Shown: positions 9,695-20,121, numbered from the stretch's first letter. The stretch: DNA of 64,000 bases from Candidatus Nanopelagicaceae bacterium (GCA_018883345.1 VEQG01000007.1:866-64865); one strand, 5' to 3'. The notes: a model not told the origin generated them from the sequence alone. Numbers and translations are program-made.

Positions 9695-10459
9695 GTGGTT
9701 CACATGGCGCAACGCGTTCAATCAGTCGAAAGAGCACTTAGTTTGCTCGATGCACTCGCAAGTTACTCGGCGCCACCTACTATTCCTGAATTAGCAAAAG
9801 CCGCAAAGGTAAATCGCGCAACTGCTTGGCGTTTAATGAATACGCTGGTTCATTTTGATTTAGCTGAAAGAAACGAAGTTACCGGAACTTACAAAGTTGG
9901 CCCTGGTGCGCTCAGACTCGCTGCCGCTACTGATAATTCAAGTTTTGTTAGAAAAGCACGACCGCTCTTAGAAAAAGTTGCAAAGAAAACTGGTGGAAGC
10001 GCATTTCTAGAAATTGCAACACGAGGAGACCTTGTGGTGATGGATCAAGTTAGATCTGATTCTCCAATTCAAGTGGACTTAGCTGGGATGGTAGTTCCAC
10101 TTCATTGTGGGTCGGTTGGAAAATTGTATTTATCGAATTTAAGTGATGAAGAGTTAAATGAATACCTCAAACAGAAGTTAGCCACACCGACCAGATTCAC
10201 TATAACTAAACCGCAACTACTGCGCAAAGAGATTTTGGAAGCACGCGTAACTGGCGTGGCTATTAATTACAAAGAGCACCGTGAAGAATGGTGTGGCATC
10301 TCTGCCGCCATTAAAGATCGCGCTGGTCGAACTATTGCCTACTTAAACGTAACCTTGCCGACTTTTAATAATACCAAGGAGAGAGTTAAATCTTTAGCGC
10401 CAACTCTTTTAAATGCGGCTGATGAAATTTCCAGCCTATTTAATAAAGCTGGTTATTAA
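9695..10459 (+). CDS. IclR-family transcriptional regulator
   Basis: 254 aa. N-terminal wHTH (SVERALSLLDALA...IPELAKAAKVNRATAWRLMNTL) plus a C-terminal IclR effector domain. The start may instead be the ATG at 9704. Confidence 0.85.
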   Translation: MVHMAQRVQSVERALSLLDALASYSAPPTIPELAKAAKVNRATAWRLMNTLVHFDLAERNEVTGTYKVGPGALRLAAATDNSSFVRKARPLLEKVAKKTGGSAFLEIATRGDLVVMDQVRSDSPIQVDLAGMVVPLHCGSVGKLYLSNLSDEELNEYLKQKLATPTRFTITKPQLLRKEILEARVTGVAINYKEHREEWCGISAAIKDRAGRTIAYLNVTLPTFNNTKERVKSLAPTLLNAADEISSLFNKAGY

Positions 10460-12024
10460 GCCATCTTCTCGTAAGCTGGCAAAGTCAAAAAATCTAAGTA
10501 TTCGTCATCTAAAGCACAAGCGATAAATGTTTCTTTGGCGGCCGCATATTTAGATGGGTCGCCGAGTTTGGCTACCTCTGCTTCGGTGAGCTCTCGGACT
10601 AGCTCCTTGGTGATTTTTTGACCATCTTCTAGCGTGATTTCGTTATAAATCCACTGCCAGATCTGACTCCTGGAAATCTCTGCAGTCGCCGCATCTTCCA
10701 TCAAATTGAAAATAGCTACCGCGCCAACTCCGCGTAGCCAGCTCTCTAAATATTGAATCGAAACACTTATATTATTTCTAAGCCCAACTTCTGTTACTAC
10801 TCCTGGGGTTGCTTTGACGTTCAATAAATCAGCAGCGCTTACTTGGCTCTGCTCCTTTTTCTTATCAATTTGATTTGGCTTAGCACCTAGGACTTTATCG
10901 AATTCGTTACGACAAAGTTCGACCATTCCTGGATGAGCCACCCATGAGCCATCAAAACCATCATTTGCCTCGCGCGATTTATCTGCTTGGACTTTAGCGA
11001 ATGCAACTTCATTAACAGCTGGATCTGCACTTGGAATAAAAGCAGCCATACCACCGATTGCAGAAGCTTCCCGTTTGTGACAGGTTTTTACAAGCAACTC
11101 CGTATAAGCTTTCATAAATGGCACGGTCATAGTTACTGCATTTCGTTCTGGTAGCACAAAATCTTTGCCGCTAGTTCTGTGAGTTTTTATAACGCTAAAC
11201 ATGTAATCCCAGCGACCAGCATTTAAACCAGCGCAGTGCTCCCGCAATTCGTAAAGAATCTCTTCCATTTCGAAAGCTGCTGGGTAAGTTTCGATCAGAA
11301 CCGTTGCTCTAATTGTTCCGCTAGGAATTCCCACATGATCTTGTGCAATTAAGAATGCCTCGTTCCACATTCTTGCCTCTAAGTGTGATTCCAGCTTTGC
11401 CAGATAGAAATATGGACCTAAACCATTTTCAATTTGAAGTTTGGCACTTGCCACCATGTAAAGCGCAAAATCTACAAATGAACCTGAAGTTACCTCCCCA
11501 TTTACAAGGATATGTTTTTCAGGAAGATGCAGACCTCTAGGTCGCATCACGATTGTGGCAAGTGGCGCATCTGTTCTTAACTGGTACTTCTTGCCGGCAT
11601 CATTAGTAAATTCAATACGGCCACGAATGGCGTCATTTAAGTTAATTTGGCCTTGGATGACGTTCTCCCAGTTTGGGGTCGTGGAATCTTCCTGGTCAGC
11701 AAGCCAGACCTTTGCCCCTGAATTGAGGGCATTGATAGTCATCTTCCGCTCTGTTGGACCGGTGATTTCTACCCTTCGATCAATCAACCCTGGTGCCAGC
11801 GGCGCAACTTTCCAGAAATTGTCATCACGAATTGCTTTGGTCTCTTCAAGAAAGGTAAGTTCCTTGCCATTAGCAATCGCTGCAATTCGTTCCTTACGCT
11901 TTGCAAGCAGTTCTAAACGTCTAGGATTTAATTGAGTATGTAATTTATTTATGAGTTCTAGCGCTGATTCCGAAAGAATTTCTTCTTGGCGATCAATTTT
12001 CTTCCCTAGAACTTCGATGTTCAT
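10456..12024 (-). CDS. aceB: Malate synthase A
   Basis: About 522 aa with full-length resemblance to malate synthase A (RRVEITGP, RPRGLHL, GLNAGRWDY). The start is refined to the ATG at 12024, forming ATGA with the aldehyde dehydrogenase stop. Confidence 0.85.
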   Translation of the reverse strand: MNIEVLGKKIDRQEEILSESALELINKLHTQLNPRRLELLAKRKERIAAIANGKELTFLEETKAIRDDNFWKVAPLAPGLIDRRVEITGPTERKMTINALNSGAKVWLADQEDSTTPNWENVIQGQINLNDAIRGRIEFTNDAGKKYQLRTDAPLATIVMRPRGLHLPEKHILVNGEVTSGSFVDFALYMVASAKLQIENGLGPYFYLAKLESHLEARMWNEAFLIAQDHVGIPSGTIRATVLIETYPAAFEMEEILYELREHCAGLNAGRWDYMFSVIKTHRTSGKDFVLPERNAVTMTVPFMKAYTELLVKTCHKREASAIGGMAAFIPSADPAVNEVAFAKVQADKSREANDGFDGSWVAHPGMVELCRNEFDKVLGAKPNQIDKKKEQSQVSAADLLNVKATPGVVTEVGLRNNISVSIQYLESWLRGVGAVAIFNLMEDAATAEISRSQIWQWIYNEITLEDGQKITKELVRELTEAEVAKLGDPSKYAAAKETFIACALDDEYLDFLTLPAYEKMA

Positions 12025-13523
12025 GACAAATCTACCCAAGTAGTCTTTAGCGCGCTATATGCATCTAAGGCATGGAGCGATTTATCTCTGCCGGTTCCTG
12101 ATGCGCCAAATCCACCGAAAGGAGTAATTACATCAAGCGCATCAAAGGTGTTAATCCAAACGGTTCCAGCTCTTAGAGCTCTGGCAAAATTATGTGCCTT
12201 TGAAACATTATCAGTCCACACAGATGCCGCTAAACCATACTCGGTTTGATTGGCAAGCTTTAGCGCTTCATCTGAATCTTTTGCCTCAATCGCTACTAAA
12301 ACAGGACCAAAAATCTCTTCTTGAGCAAGTCTAGAAGTGTTTGAAACATTAGAAATCAAAGTCGGTTGAATGTAGAGATCATCACCGGTCGCCTTTTCGC
12401 CACCGAAAACAACCTCTTCGTTATTTTGACCGATTAATTCAAGGTAGGAATTAACGCGATCTCTTTGCACCTTAGAAACTATTGGACCCATCATGGTTTC
12501 TGGATTTAATGGATCGCCAACTTTGAAATTCTTTGCAAACTCCTTTAAGTGGCTAAATAGCTCCTCTTTCACGCTCTTTTCAACGATAATTCGAGAGCCA
12601 GCATTGCAAGTTTGACCGGCGTTGTAATAAATAGCCCAGCCGATGGTCTCTGCCGCTAATTTCAAATTAGTGCAATCGCTAAGTACTACCTGCGGACTCT
12701 TGCCGCCCAGTTCTAACGAAACTTGCTTCATGTTTGATTCCGCTGCATATTGGAGCATCTTGCGACCGGTTGGACCGCTACCGGTAAAAGCAATCTTTGC
12801 CACATCCATATGTTTTGCCAGAGCTTGCCCAGCTTCTGCACCTAAACCAGGAACCACATTAAAGACACCTTCTGGCAAACCTGCTTCGATTGCCAGTTCT
12901 GCCATGCGAATTGCAGTTAACGATGAATTTTCAGCGGGTTTGATAACTATTGAATTACCCATTGCTAGAGCTGGTCCAAGTTTCCATGAAGTAATACTCA
13001 TTGGATAATTCCAAGGAACAATTGCGCCAATTACACCTAGTGGTTCTCGCGTCACCATTGCCAAAGCATTTCTAGGTGCTGGTGCAATTTCATCGTAGGT
13101 CTTATCTATAGTTTCGGCATACCATTGAATTACGCGAGCTGAGTTTCGAGTATCAACTGCTAAAGAATCACTAATTGGCTTTCCAACATCAAGTGTTTCT
13201 AGCAAAGCTAATTCATCTCGGTGTTGGTTTAACAATTCCGCCCAGCGCAACATGATCGCTTTTTTATCTCTTGGGTTCATTTGAGACCAGATGCCAGAAT
13301 CAAAAGCACGTTTTGCAGACGCAACTGCTTTATTGACGTCTTCGCTATCACCTGCTGCAATATTGGCAATGCTTCTATTTAGAACCGGTGAGAAATCTTC
13401 TAATGTTTTGCCGGAAGCAGATGGAATTGATTTACCATCAATAAATATATTGCCGTTAGGTTTTACTTTACTTGCTCGTTCTTGCCAGATCTCTGTTGTA
13501 GACATAGTGAGAATGGTAGGCAT
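12021..13523 (-). CDS. NAD(P)-dependent aldehyde dehydrogenase
   Basis: 500 aa. ALDH motifs FTGS, LELGGKSP and catalytic Cys in GQTCNAGSR. Substrate not assignable. Confidence 0.85.
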   Translation of the reverse strand: MPTILTMSTTEIWQERASKVKPNGNIFIDGKSIPSASGKTLEDFSPVLNRSIANIAAGDSEDVNKAVASAKRAFDSGIWSQMNPRDKKAIMLRWAELLNQHRDELALLETLDVGKPISDSLAVDTRNSARVIQWYAETIDKTYDEIAPAPRNALAMVTREPLGVIGAIVPWNYPMSITSWKLGPALAMGNSIVIKPAENSSLTAIRMAELAIEAGLPEGVFNVVPGLGAEAGQALAKHMDVAKIAFTGSGPTGRKMLQYAAESNMKQVSLELGGKSPQVVLSDCTNLKLAAETIGWAIYYNAGQTCNAGSRIIVEKSVKEELFSHLKEFAKNFKVGDPLNPETMMGPIVSKVQRDRVNSYLELIGQNNEEVVFGGEKATGDDLYIQPTLISNVSNTSRLAQEEIFGPVLVAIEAKDSDEALKLANQTEYGLAASVWTDNVSKAHNFARALRAGTVWINTFDALDVITPFGGFGASGTGRDKSLHALDAYSALKTTWVDLS

Positions 13524-13571
13524 CTACCTATATATGCTGGCAATAAGTCGGTTGCATCAGTTGCAACGCAA

Positions 13572-14399
13572 CTACAAAATAGTCGAAATGAAGCGCTTTC
13601 CAACCCCATTTCGGGCAAAGGCAATCAAGGTTAAGCCGAACTCATCGGCCAATTCGATGGCTAGTGAAGTGGGCGCACTAACGCCAACCATGGCTGAGAT
13701 TCCAGCAGTTATAGCTTTTTGAACAATTTCATAACCGGTGCGGCCAGAGACCACCAAAGTCCAATCTGAAAGTGGTAGCTGGCCATCCATTAGCGCTTGA
13801 CCAATTACTTTATCCACTGCGTTATGTCGACCAACATCCTCTTTGGAATATTTGATTTCACCATGTGGATTTACCAATAGCGCAGCATGCAATCCACCGG
13901 TTTTAGAGAAAATTGCTTGATTCTTATCTAGCAGTTCTGTGTAATGCGAAAGCTGCATATCACTTTTGGTAGTTGGTTTTACTTTTGCTATTCCACGATT
14001 ATGTAGATCAGAAATGTTTTCGGATCCACAAACTCCACATGCAGAGTTCATGGTAAATCTACGATCTAATTTTCTTGAAAAATCGGGGGCATCATTTGTA
14101 ACTTCTGCAATAACTACATTGGCTCTCTGACGTGGCGTTAAAGATCTATCGCCACAAACAATTACTGAGATTAATTGTTCTGGTTTAGTTAGAAATCCTT
14201 CTCCCCAAAGAAAACCAGCAGCCAGCTGCAAATCTGCGCCTGGGGTGCGCATAGTGATACCAAGTTGTTCTTCTTGGTCACCTTTTTTAATTCTAATTTC
14301 TAATGGCTCTTCAACCACCACGCTATCTGATGTGGTGGTCTCAGAATCACTTCTCTTTACCTTTACCTTTTGAATTGATGAAGGCGCATCATTTTGCAT
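13572..14399 (-). CDS. fdhD: Formate dehydrogenase accessory sulfurtransferase FdhD (FdsC equivalent)
   Basis: 275 aa. SACGVCG, GGLHAA and [11 protein letters not shown] motifs of FdhD. Its start overlaps the betA stop by 11 nt. Confidence 0.8.
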   Translation of the reverse strand: MQNDAPSSIQKVKVKRSDSETTTSDSVVVEEPLEIRIKKGDQEEQLGITMRTPGADLQLAAGFLWGEGFLTKPEQLISVIVCGDRSLTPRQRANVVIAEVTNDAPDFSRKLDRRFTMNSACGVCGSENISDLHNRGIAKVKPTTKSDMQLSHYTELLDKNQAIFSKTGGLHAALLVNPHGEIKYSKEDVGRHNAVDKVIGQALMDGQLPLSDWTLVVSGRTGYEIVQKAITAGISAMVGVSAPTSLAIELADEFGLTLIAFARNGVGKRFISTIL

Positions 14400-16032
14400 G
14401 ACGATAAAACTCAGTGTGATCTGGCGCTAATGTACCTTTGCCGATAATTAAATCAGCAGCACGTTCTGCAACCATCATCACTGGCGCATAGATATTTCCA
14501 TTGGTTACATATGGGAATACTGAAGCGTCTACAACGCGTAAACCTTCGACTCCATGAACTTTCATAGTCTCTGGATCTACAACAGACATTTCATCAGTTC
14601 CCATTTTCGCGGTGCATGATGGATGCAGCGCAGTTTCCGCATCTTTTCTCACCCAATCGAGAATCTCTTCATCGGTTGATACCGATGGGCCAGGTGAGGT
14701 TTCGCCTGCATTCATTGAATCCATTGCTGGTTGGGTCATGATGTGGCGTGCCTGGCGAATTGCCTCAATCCATTCACGTCGATCTTGATCCGTAGAGAGA
14801 TAATTAAAAAGCATTGCAGGTTTCTCAAGTGGATTTGTGCTCTTAATCTTTAACCAGCCACGAGAATCTGAATACATCGGGCCGATATGGAATTGATAGC
14901 CATGTCCACCTTTAGGTCCAGAACCGTCATAACGAATTGCCAGCGGCAAGAAGTGATACATCAAATTTGGATAGGCAACTTCATCATTACTTCTGGTAAA
15001 GCCGCCTGCTTCGAAATGATTTGTCGCGCCAGGGCCAGTGCGGAAGAAGAGCCAAAGGAAGCCAATCCATGGTCGCTTCCAGAATTTCAGTGAAGGTTGT
15101 TGAGTTACTGGCTGCTTACATTTGTATTGAACATAAACTTCTAGATGATCCTGCAAATTAGCGCCAACTCCAGGCAAATGATGAACCATTTGCACACCAA
15201 GTGGCGCTAAATCTTTCTCATTGCCAATACCAGATAGCTGTAGCAGCTGTGGTGAATTAATTGCACCTCCGGAGAGAATTACTTCTCGTCCTTTGATTGT
15301 CTGCTTCTTACCTTTGATCAACACTTCGACGCCTACTGCGGTTTTGCCTTCAAACAAAACTTTAGTCACCATCGCGCGAGTTTTGATCTCTAAATTCTTT
15401 CGCTTCTTAACAGGATATAAATAGGCGCGAGCCGCACTTAAACGTCGACCTCGATAAACATTTCGATCAAATCGCGCAAAACCTTCTTGGCGATATCCAT
15501 TTACATCTTTGGTTAAATTAAATCCAGCTTGTTGCACCGCTTCAAAAAAAGCTTTAAATAGCGGTCCCTTTGATGGACCTCTTTCGAGTTTGAGTGGACC
15601 ATCGCCACCGCGTAATTCACCTTTTGGATCTGCAATGCAAGTTTCCATTTTTTTAAAATATGGCAAGCAATGTGCAAAATCCCAATTCTGCATTCCTTGA
15701 TCTTTGCCCCAACGTTCGTAATCCAATGGATTGCCACGTTGAAAAATTTGGCCATTAATTGAAGAAGATCCGCCGAGGACTTTGCCGCGAGCATGATAAA
15801 TCTTTCGATTATTCATATGAGGCTCTGGTTCGGATTCGTACATCCAGTCGTAATACTTGCTACCGATTGGGAAAGCTAAACCTGCCGGCATATGTATGAA
15901 AACATCCCATATGTAATCTGGGCGACCCGCTTCGAGAACTAATACCTCTTTATTCGGATCTGCGCTCAAACGATTAGCTAAAACGCAACCTGCCGAACCA
16001 CCACCGACGATGATGTAATCATAGGTTTTCAA
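14389..16032 (-). CDS. betA: Choline dehydrogenase (GMC flavoprotein oxidoreductase)
   Basis: 547 aa. N-terminal [23 protein letters not shown] motif and GMC signatures ([22 protein letters not shown]). The betaine context supports the choline assignment. Confidence 0.8.
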   Translation of the reverse strand: MKTYDYIIVGGGSAGCVLANRLSADPNKEVLVLEAGRPDYIWDVFIHMPAGLAFPIGSKYYDWMYESEPEPHMNNRKIYHARGKVLGGSSSINGQIFQRGNPLDYERWGKDQGMQNWDFAHCLPYFKKMETCIADPKGELRGGDGPLKLERGPSKGPLFKAFFEAVQQAGFNLTKDVNGYRQEGFARFDRNVYRGRRLSAARAYLYPVKKRKNLEIKTRAMVTKVLFEGKTAVGVEVLIKGKKQTIKGREVILSGGAINSPQLLQLSGIGNEKDLAPLGVQMVHHLPGVGANLQDHLEVYVQYKCKQPVTQQPSLKFWKRPWIGFLWLFFRTGPGATNHFEAGGFTRSNDEVAYPNLMYHFLPLAIRYDGSGPKGGHGYQFHIGPMYSDSRGWLKIKSTNPLEKPAMLFNYLSTDQDRREWIEAIRQARHIMTQPAMDSMNAGETSPGPSVSTDEEILDWVRKDAETALHPSCTAKMGTDEMSVVDPETMKVHGVEGLRVVDASVFPYVTNGNIYAPVMMVAERAADLIIGKGTLAPDHTEFYRHAK

Positions 16033-16053
16033 AGAACTACTCCGTTCATAAAT

Positions 16054-16092
16054 AAAACCGCCCGGCTAAATTCTATCTAGCCGGGCGGTTTT
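16054..16092 (-). terminator. Rho-independent (bidirectional-looking) terminator after opuAC
   Basis: AAAA-CCGCCCGGCTA-(9 nt loop)-TAGCCGGGCGG-TTTT. It is followed by a U-rich tract on the minus strand and lies 13 nt downstream of the opuAC stop. Confidence 0.7.
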
Positions 16093-16104
16093 ATTAGTAA
16101 TTAA

Positions 16105-17055
16105 TTACTTACCGGTCCAAGCCTTAACTTGGTCAGCGTGAGCATCAATCCACTTCTGTGCTGCCTCTTCAGGCTTCATTCCGCCTTCGATATCTGCAGC
16201 TACAGAGTTCTGATCATCATTTGTCCACTTAAAGTTCTGGACAAGCGTTGCAAATGGTGAACCAGAGTCCATCAACTTCTTCGAAGCAAGCTTCACAAGA
16301 ACTGTTTCTGGATAATCGGTTAGGCCGCTTGCTTTCGCAGCATCTGCCCAATCGTTAGCTGGGAAGTTAACGCGTGACTTCAATAGGCCAGGCATCTTCA
16401 CGAAGAAGGTCTGTGGCTCATAGAAGTATGCAATTGCAGGAGTCTTATTTGCCTCTGCCTTTGTAAGAACTTCAATCAGCGCAGCTTCTGAACCAGTTGA
16501 GATTGCTTTGAAGTTCAACTTATTAGCTGAAATCATCTTCTCACCGATTGTGGTGTAGCCAGGAGGGCCTTCATACCAAGCACCCTTGCCGCCAGAGTCT
16601 GCAGTCTTAAATAGATCTGCATACTTATTTAAGTTCTTTGAATCTGTGATGTCTGGGTATTTTTCAACCATCCAAGGTGCAACGTACATGCCGATACGAC
16701 CAATGTTGCCGTTTGGACCAACTTCAACGATCGCACCGCGATCTACCCATTCTTGCCAACGGCCGCCGCCCCAGTCTTCGATTACTACGTCAACTGTGCC
16801 AGCTTCCATCGCATCGTAAGTCACGCCAGCTTCTTCAAGTGTGGTCTGGTTGATTGTGCAACCTAGTTCCTTCTTAGCAATTTCTGCAACAACTTGTGCT
16901 GATGCTGTGTAACCATTCCAAGCATGCATTGCAATACCCCAGGTACCGCAATCTGCTGAAGCCTCTTCGGACTTTGAGCTACAAGCTGTTAGCACAAGGG
17001 AGAATGCCAAGACTGAAGATGCAAGCGCAATTTTGCGACCATGCTTTAATCTCAT
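16105..17055 (-). CDS. opuAC: Glycine betaine ABC transporter substrate-binding lipoprotein
   Basis: 316 aa. Lipobox LVLTAC. OpuAC/ProX-type SBP with Trp-rich ligand-box residues (WGGGRWQEW, WMVEKY). Confidence 0.8.
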   Translation of the reverse strand: MRLKHGRKIALASSVLAFSLVLTACSSKSEEASADCGTWGIAMHAWNGYTASAQVVAEIAKKELGCTINQTTLEEAGVTYDAMEAGTVDVVIEDWGGGRWQEWVDRGAIVEVGPNGNIGRIGMYVAPWMVEKYPDITDSKNLNKYADLFKTADSGGKGAWYEGPPGYTTIGEKMISANKLNFKAISTGSEAALIEVLTKAEANKTPAIAYFYEPQTFFVKMPGLLKSRVNFPANDWADAAKASGLTDYPETVLVKLASKKLMDSGSPFATLVQNFKWTNDDQNSVAADIEGGMKPEEAAQKWIDAHADQVKAWTGK

Positions 17056-17135
17056 TACCCCTCCTTGGATAATTTAAGTGTGAGCGCAAGCCTAAGCGTT
17101 ATTGGCCTCACATGGAATAGCGAAACTAACTTTTT

Positions 17136-19073
17136 TTACGCTCTTTTTGCGGCAGCTTGAGCAATTCGATCAATAGTTACACCAAGCAAAAGAATGACTA
17201 ACCCAGCAACTAAACCTTTACCTTGAAGTTCTGGCTTTGAACCGCCAAGAATTACTAGGTATCCAAGACCACCTGAACCAACGAATCCACCAATGACAAT
17301 TACTGCCAGCACGAAAATCATTCCTTGATTGGTGGCAAGTAGTAGCGCCTTCTTAGAAGCAGGTAATTGCACTTTAGTAATAATTTGTCGGACATTAGAA
17401 CCGGCTGCAGTGGCCGCTTCAACAATGGTCGCAGGAACTGCCCTTATTCCCTCTCCAACAATTTTTACCACTACTGGAATTGAATAGATGATGCCCGTAG
17501 CAATCGCAGTAAATCTAGTTGGGCCAAATAGGCCAAGCATCGGAACTAGATATACGAAAGCAGGAAGTGTTTGTCCTGCATCTAAGAATGGACGTAAGAA
17601 GGCATCGGCTTTATTACTTCTACCAACCCAGATTCCTAGACCGATTCCAATAATCATTGTTAATAGAGTTGCCACAATTGTTTGGGTTAAAGTAATCATC
17701 GCATCAAACCAAAGGCCAGATCCCACAATTAACATCAAAAGTGAAAATGTAAGTATTGCTACGCGATAACCACCCATTACCAATGCCACAATCACAAACA
17801 TGGTGACCGTCACATACCAAGGTGCTCTTGCAAGAACATCTTCAATTGGATTTAGGACCCAATTTGAAATTAAATCTTTGAAACCCACAGTTAAAAAATA
17901 TAAGTCTGTGGTTAAGAAAGTATTAACTTTGTTAGTTACTGTTTCAACTTGCAAGGCAATACTAAATTTCTCAGGAAATACTGCTAGAAATTCCACAAAA
18001 CTTGATAACAAGGTCGCTACCGCTGCAAATACTCCAGCGCCAATCACCTTATTTCGGCGCGCCTTTAATTGAGCTGGTGTAGGTGGAATAAATGATTGTT
18101 GCTTCTTTGCGGCCGCACTTGTGGCTCGATCCAGCATGATGGCTACAAAAACCACTGCAAAACCTGCCACAAAACCACGACCAACATTTCGGATGATTAG
18201 CGCTTCGACCACTGGTTTACCAAGTCCAGGTGCGGCAATTAAAGCGGCGATAACCACAAATGAAAGTGCGGCCATAACTGTTTGATTAATACCTAGCACA
18301 ATCATTTGCTTTGCCATTGGCAGTTGTACTTTGCGCAAAGTCTGTTTATTGGTAGCGCCCATCGATATAGAAGCTTCTACGGGAGAAAAGTTTAAAGTCC
18401 TAATTGCATGTGAAGTAATTCTGATAGTTATCGGAATGCTGTAAACCATGGTTGCAATGGTTGCCGCAGCTACGCCAATCATAAAGAAGAGGGCTAACGG
18501 AGCGAGATAAACTAAAGTAGGAAGGATTTGGGCTAAATCCAACATTGGTGTAAGAATTTTTAATACTCGATCGGATAGGCCAGCCCAAATTCCAAGTGGA
18601 ATTCCGATTGCAAGTGAAAGTAATACTGCCGCGATGGTCATTGCAATTGTGTCCATCGTAAATTGCCACATGCCAAGTGCTCCGCAAGCAAGTAAGAGTG
18701 CAACCGATAGCAGTGCAATTCTTAAGCGACTTGTTGCATAAACAATGAAACCAACTATTGCGATAACTCCAAACCAACCAATGTATGGTGCTGGAGCGCC
18801 ATTAGTTGGAACCGAGATATAGGTACGAATAAATTCTACGAAGCCGGTTATTGCTAACCGGATTGGGTTAAATAGGTATATAAAAAGTGGACTCTTAGTG
18901 CGATTACCTCGGATTGATTCGGCGGCATCACCAAACACTGTAGTAACGGGAGTGTTTGAAGATACTGCCAATTCCATGGTGTCGCGGCCCTGTAACAGTT
19001 TGGCCAGGGCCCACCAGATGGCAACTAAGCCAAGCAGGAAATAACCCTTATGTTGCTTTACTTTTTCCAGCAT
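17136..19073 (-). CDS. opuAB: Glycine betaine ABC transporter permease, tandem-fused double ProW/OpuAB domain
   Basis: 645 aa. The two halves are clearly paralogous (LAIGIPLGIWAGLSDR...LPTLVYLAPLALFF vs IIGIGLGIWVGRSNK...LPAFVYLVPMLGLF). Each half ends in ...DR(A/I)..AAAK. Confidence 0.85.
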   Translation of the reverse strand: MLEKVKQHKGYFLLGLVAIWWALAKLLQGRDTMELAVSSNTPVTTVFGDAAESIRGNRTKSPLFIYLFNPIRLAITGFVEFIRTYISVPTNGAPAPYIGWFGVIAIVGFIVYATSRLRIALLSVALLLACGALGMWQFTMDTIAMTIAAVLLSLAIGIPLGIWAGLSDRVLKILTPMLDLAQILPTLVYLAPLALFFMIGVAAATIATMVYSIPITIRITSHAIRTLNFSPVEASISMGATNKQTLRKVQLPMAKQMIVLGINQTVMAALSFVVIAALIAAPGLGKPVVEALIIRNVGRGFVAGFAVVFVAIMLDRATSAAAKKQQSFIPPTPAQLKARRNKVIGAGVFAAVATLLSSFVEFLAVFPEKFSIALQVETVTNKVNTFLTTDLYFLTVGFKDLISNWVLNPIEDVLARAPWYVTVTMFVIVALVMGGYRVAILTFSLLMLIVGSGLWFDAMITLTQTIVATLLTMIIGIGLGIWVGRSNKADAFLRPFLDAGQTLPAFVYLVPMLGLFGPTRFTAIATGIIYSIPVVVKIVGEGIRAVPATIVEAATAAGSNVRQIITKVQLPASKKALLLATNQGMIFVLAVIVIGGFVGSGGLGYLVILGGSKPELQGKGLVAGLVILLLGVTIDRIAQAAAKRA

Positions 19074-20098
19074 TAATTGACTCCGGCAATTAGCCCAAGC
19101 ACATCTTCTGCTGAGACCACACCAATAGATTTTCCATTATCAACTACGTGCACTGGGTGATGAGCTTCAAGGATCTTTGAAGTCGCTTCGCGAATGATGG
19201 TATTTGAAGCTAATTCAATACTAGCCGCAGTTTCGTCTGAACGAAGCGGCCTTGCTAAGTACTTAAGAGTCAAAACATGTGACTTTGCGATATCTCGCAC
19301 GAAATTAGCTACGTAATCATCTTTTGGATTGGCAACTAACTCTTCTGGTGTGCCCACTTGTATCAGTGCACCATCGCGCATGATTGCAATTCGGTCACCA
19401 ACTTTTGCTGCTTCTTGCAAGTCATGAGTGATAAAGACCATGGTTTTACCTAAATCATGATGCAAACGAATAACTTCATTTTGCATGTCGCGACGAATCA
19501 ATGGATCTAAAGCTGAGAATGGTTCGTCTAAAAACATAATTTGTGGATCTACTGCAAGCGCGCGTGCCAAACCAACGCGCTGCTGCATGCCGCCAGATAG
19601 TTGTTCTGGGTAAGCTTCGGAATAACCTTGTAGGCCAACTAATTCAATTACTTCATGGGCTCGCTTGTGACGTTCTGCTTTTGATACTCCATTAATTTCT
19701 AAAGAGTATGCGATGTTATCGACAACTTTTCGATGTGGAAGTAATCCGAAATGTTGAAAGACCATTGAAAATTTAGTGCGTCTAAGTTCACGTAGTCGAT
19801 TGGCATCTACTTTGAGAATATCTTCCCTGTCATAAACCAATTCGCCTTGGGTTGGTTCGATTAATCGAGTCATGCAGCGAACCAGGGTTGACTTACCTGA
19901 ACCAGATAAGCCCATTACAACGAAAACTTCGCCCTTTGCTACTTCAAAAGAGACATCTCTTACGGCGATGGTGTTGCCGGTCTTGTTTCGAAGTTCGGTG
20001 CGAGTTAAATCAGCATCCGGAGTACCAATTAACTTCTCAGCGTTTGGCCCGAAAACTTTCCAAACATTCTTAACTGAGATCATCGACGTTGATGACAT
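19073..20098 (-). CDS. opuAA: Glycine betaine/proline ABC transporter ATP-binding protein with C-terminal CBS-like domain
   Basis: 341 aa. Walker [10 protein letters not shown], signature LSGGMQQR, Walker [12 protein letters not shown]. 1-nt overlap with the permease gene. Confidence 0.85.
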   Translation of the reverse strand: MSSTSMISVKNVWKVFGPNAEKLIGTPDADLTRTELRNKTGNTIAVRDVSFEVAKGEVFVVMGLSGSGKSTLVRCMTRLIEPTQGELVYDREDILKVDANRLRELRRTKFSMVFQHFGLLPHRKVVDNIAYSLEINGVSKAERHKRAHEVIELVGLQGYSEAYPEQLSGGMQQRVGLARALAVDPQIMFLDEPFSALDPLIRRDMQNEVIRLHHDLGKTMVFITHDLQEAAKVGDRIAIMRDGALIQVGTPEELVANPKDDYVANFVRDIAKSHVLTLKYLARPLRSDETAASIELASNTIIREATSKILEAHHPVHVVDNGKSIGVVSAEDVLGLIAGVN

Positions 20099-20121
20099 TT
20101 ATCCTCCGGATTTGTCTGTGG

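Noticed and set aside
10456-12024. Glyoxylate shunt operon.
   Set aside because: Only malate synthase is present. No isocitrate lyase or AceK is in the window, so a classical shunt locus is not supported.
13524-13571. Short GTTGCA...TGCAAC inverted repeat between fdhD and the aldehyde dehydrogenase gene.
   Set aside because: The stem is 6 bp with no U-tract. That is insufficient to call a terminator or an operator.
17056-17135. Weak stem (TGTGAG...CTCACA with a 26-nt loop) between opuAB and opuAC.
   Set aside because: The stem is only 6 bp with a large loop. It could modulate mRNA stability, but it is too weak to call from sequence.
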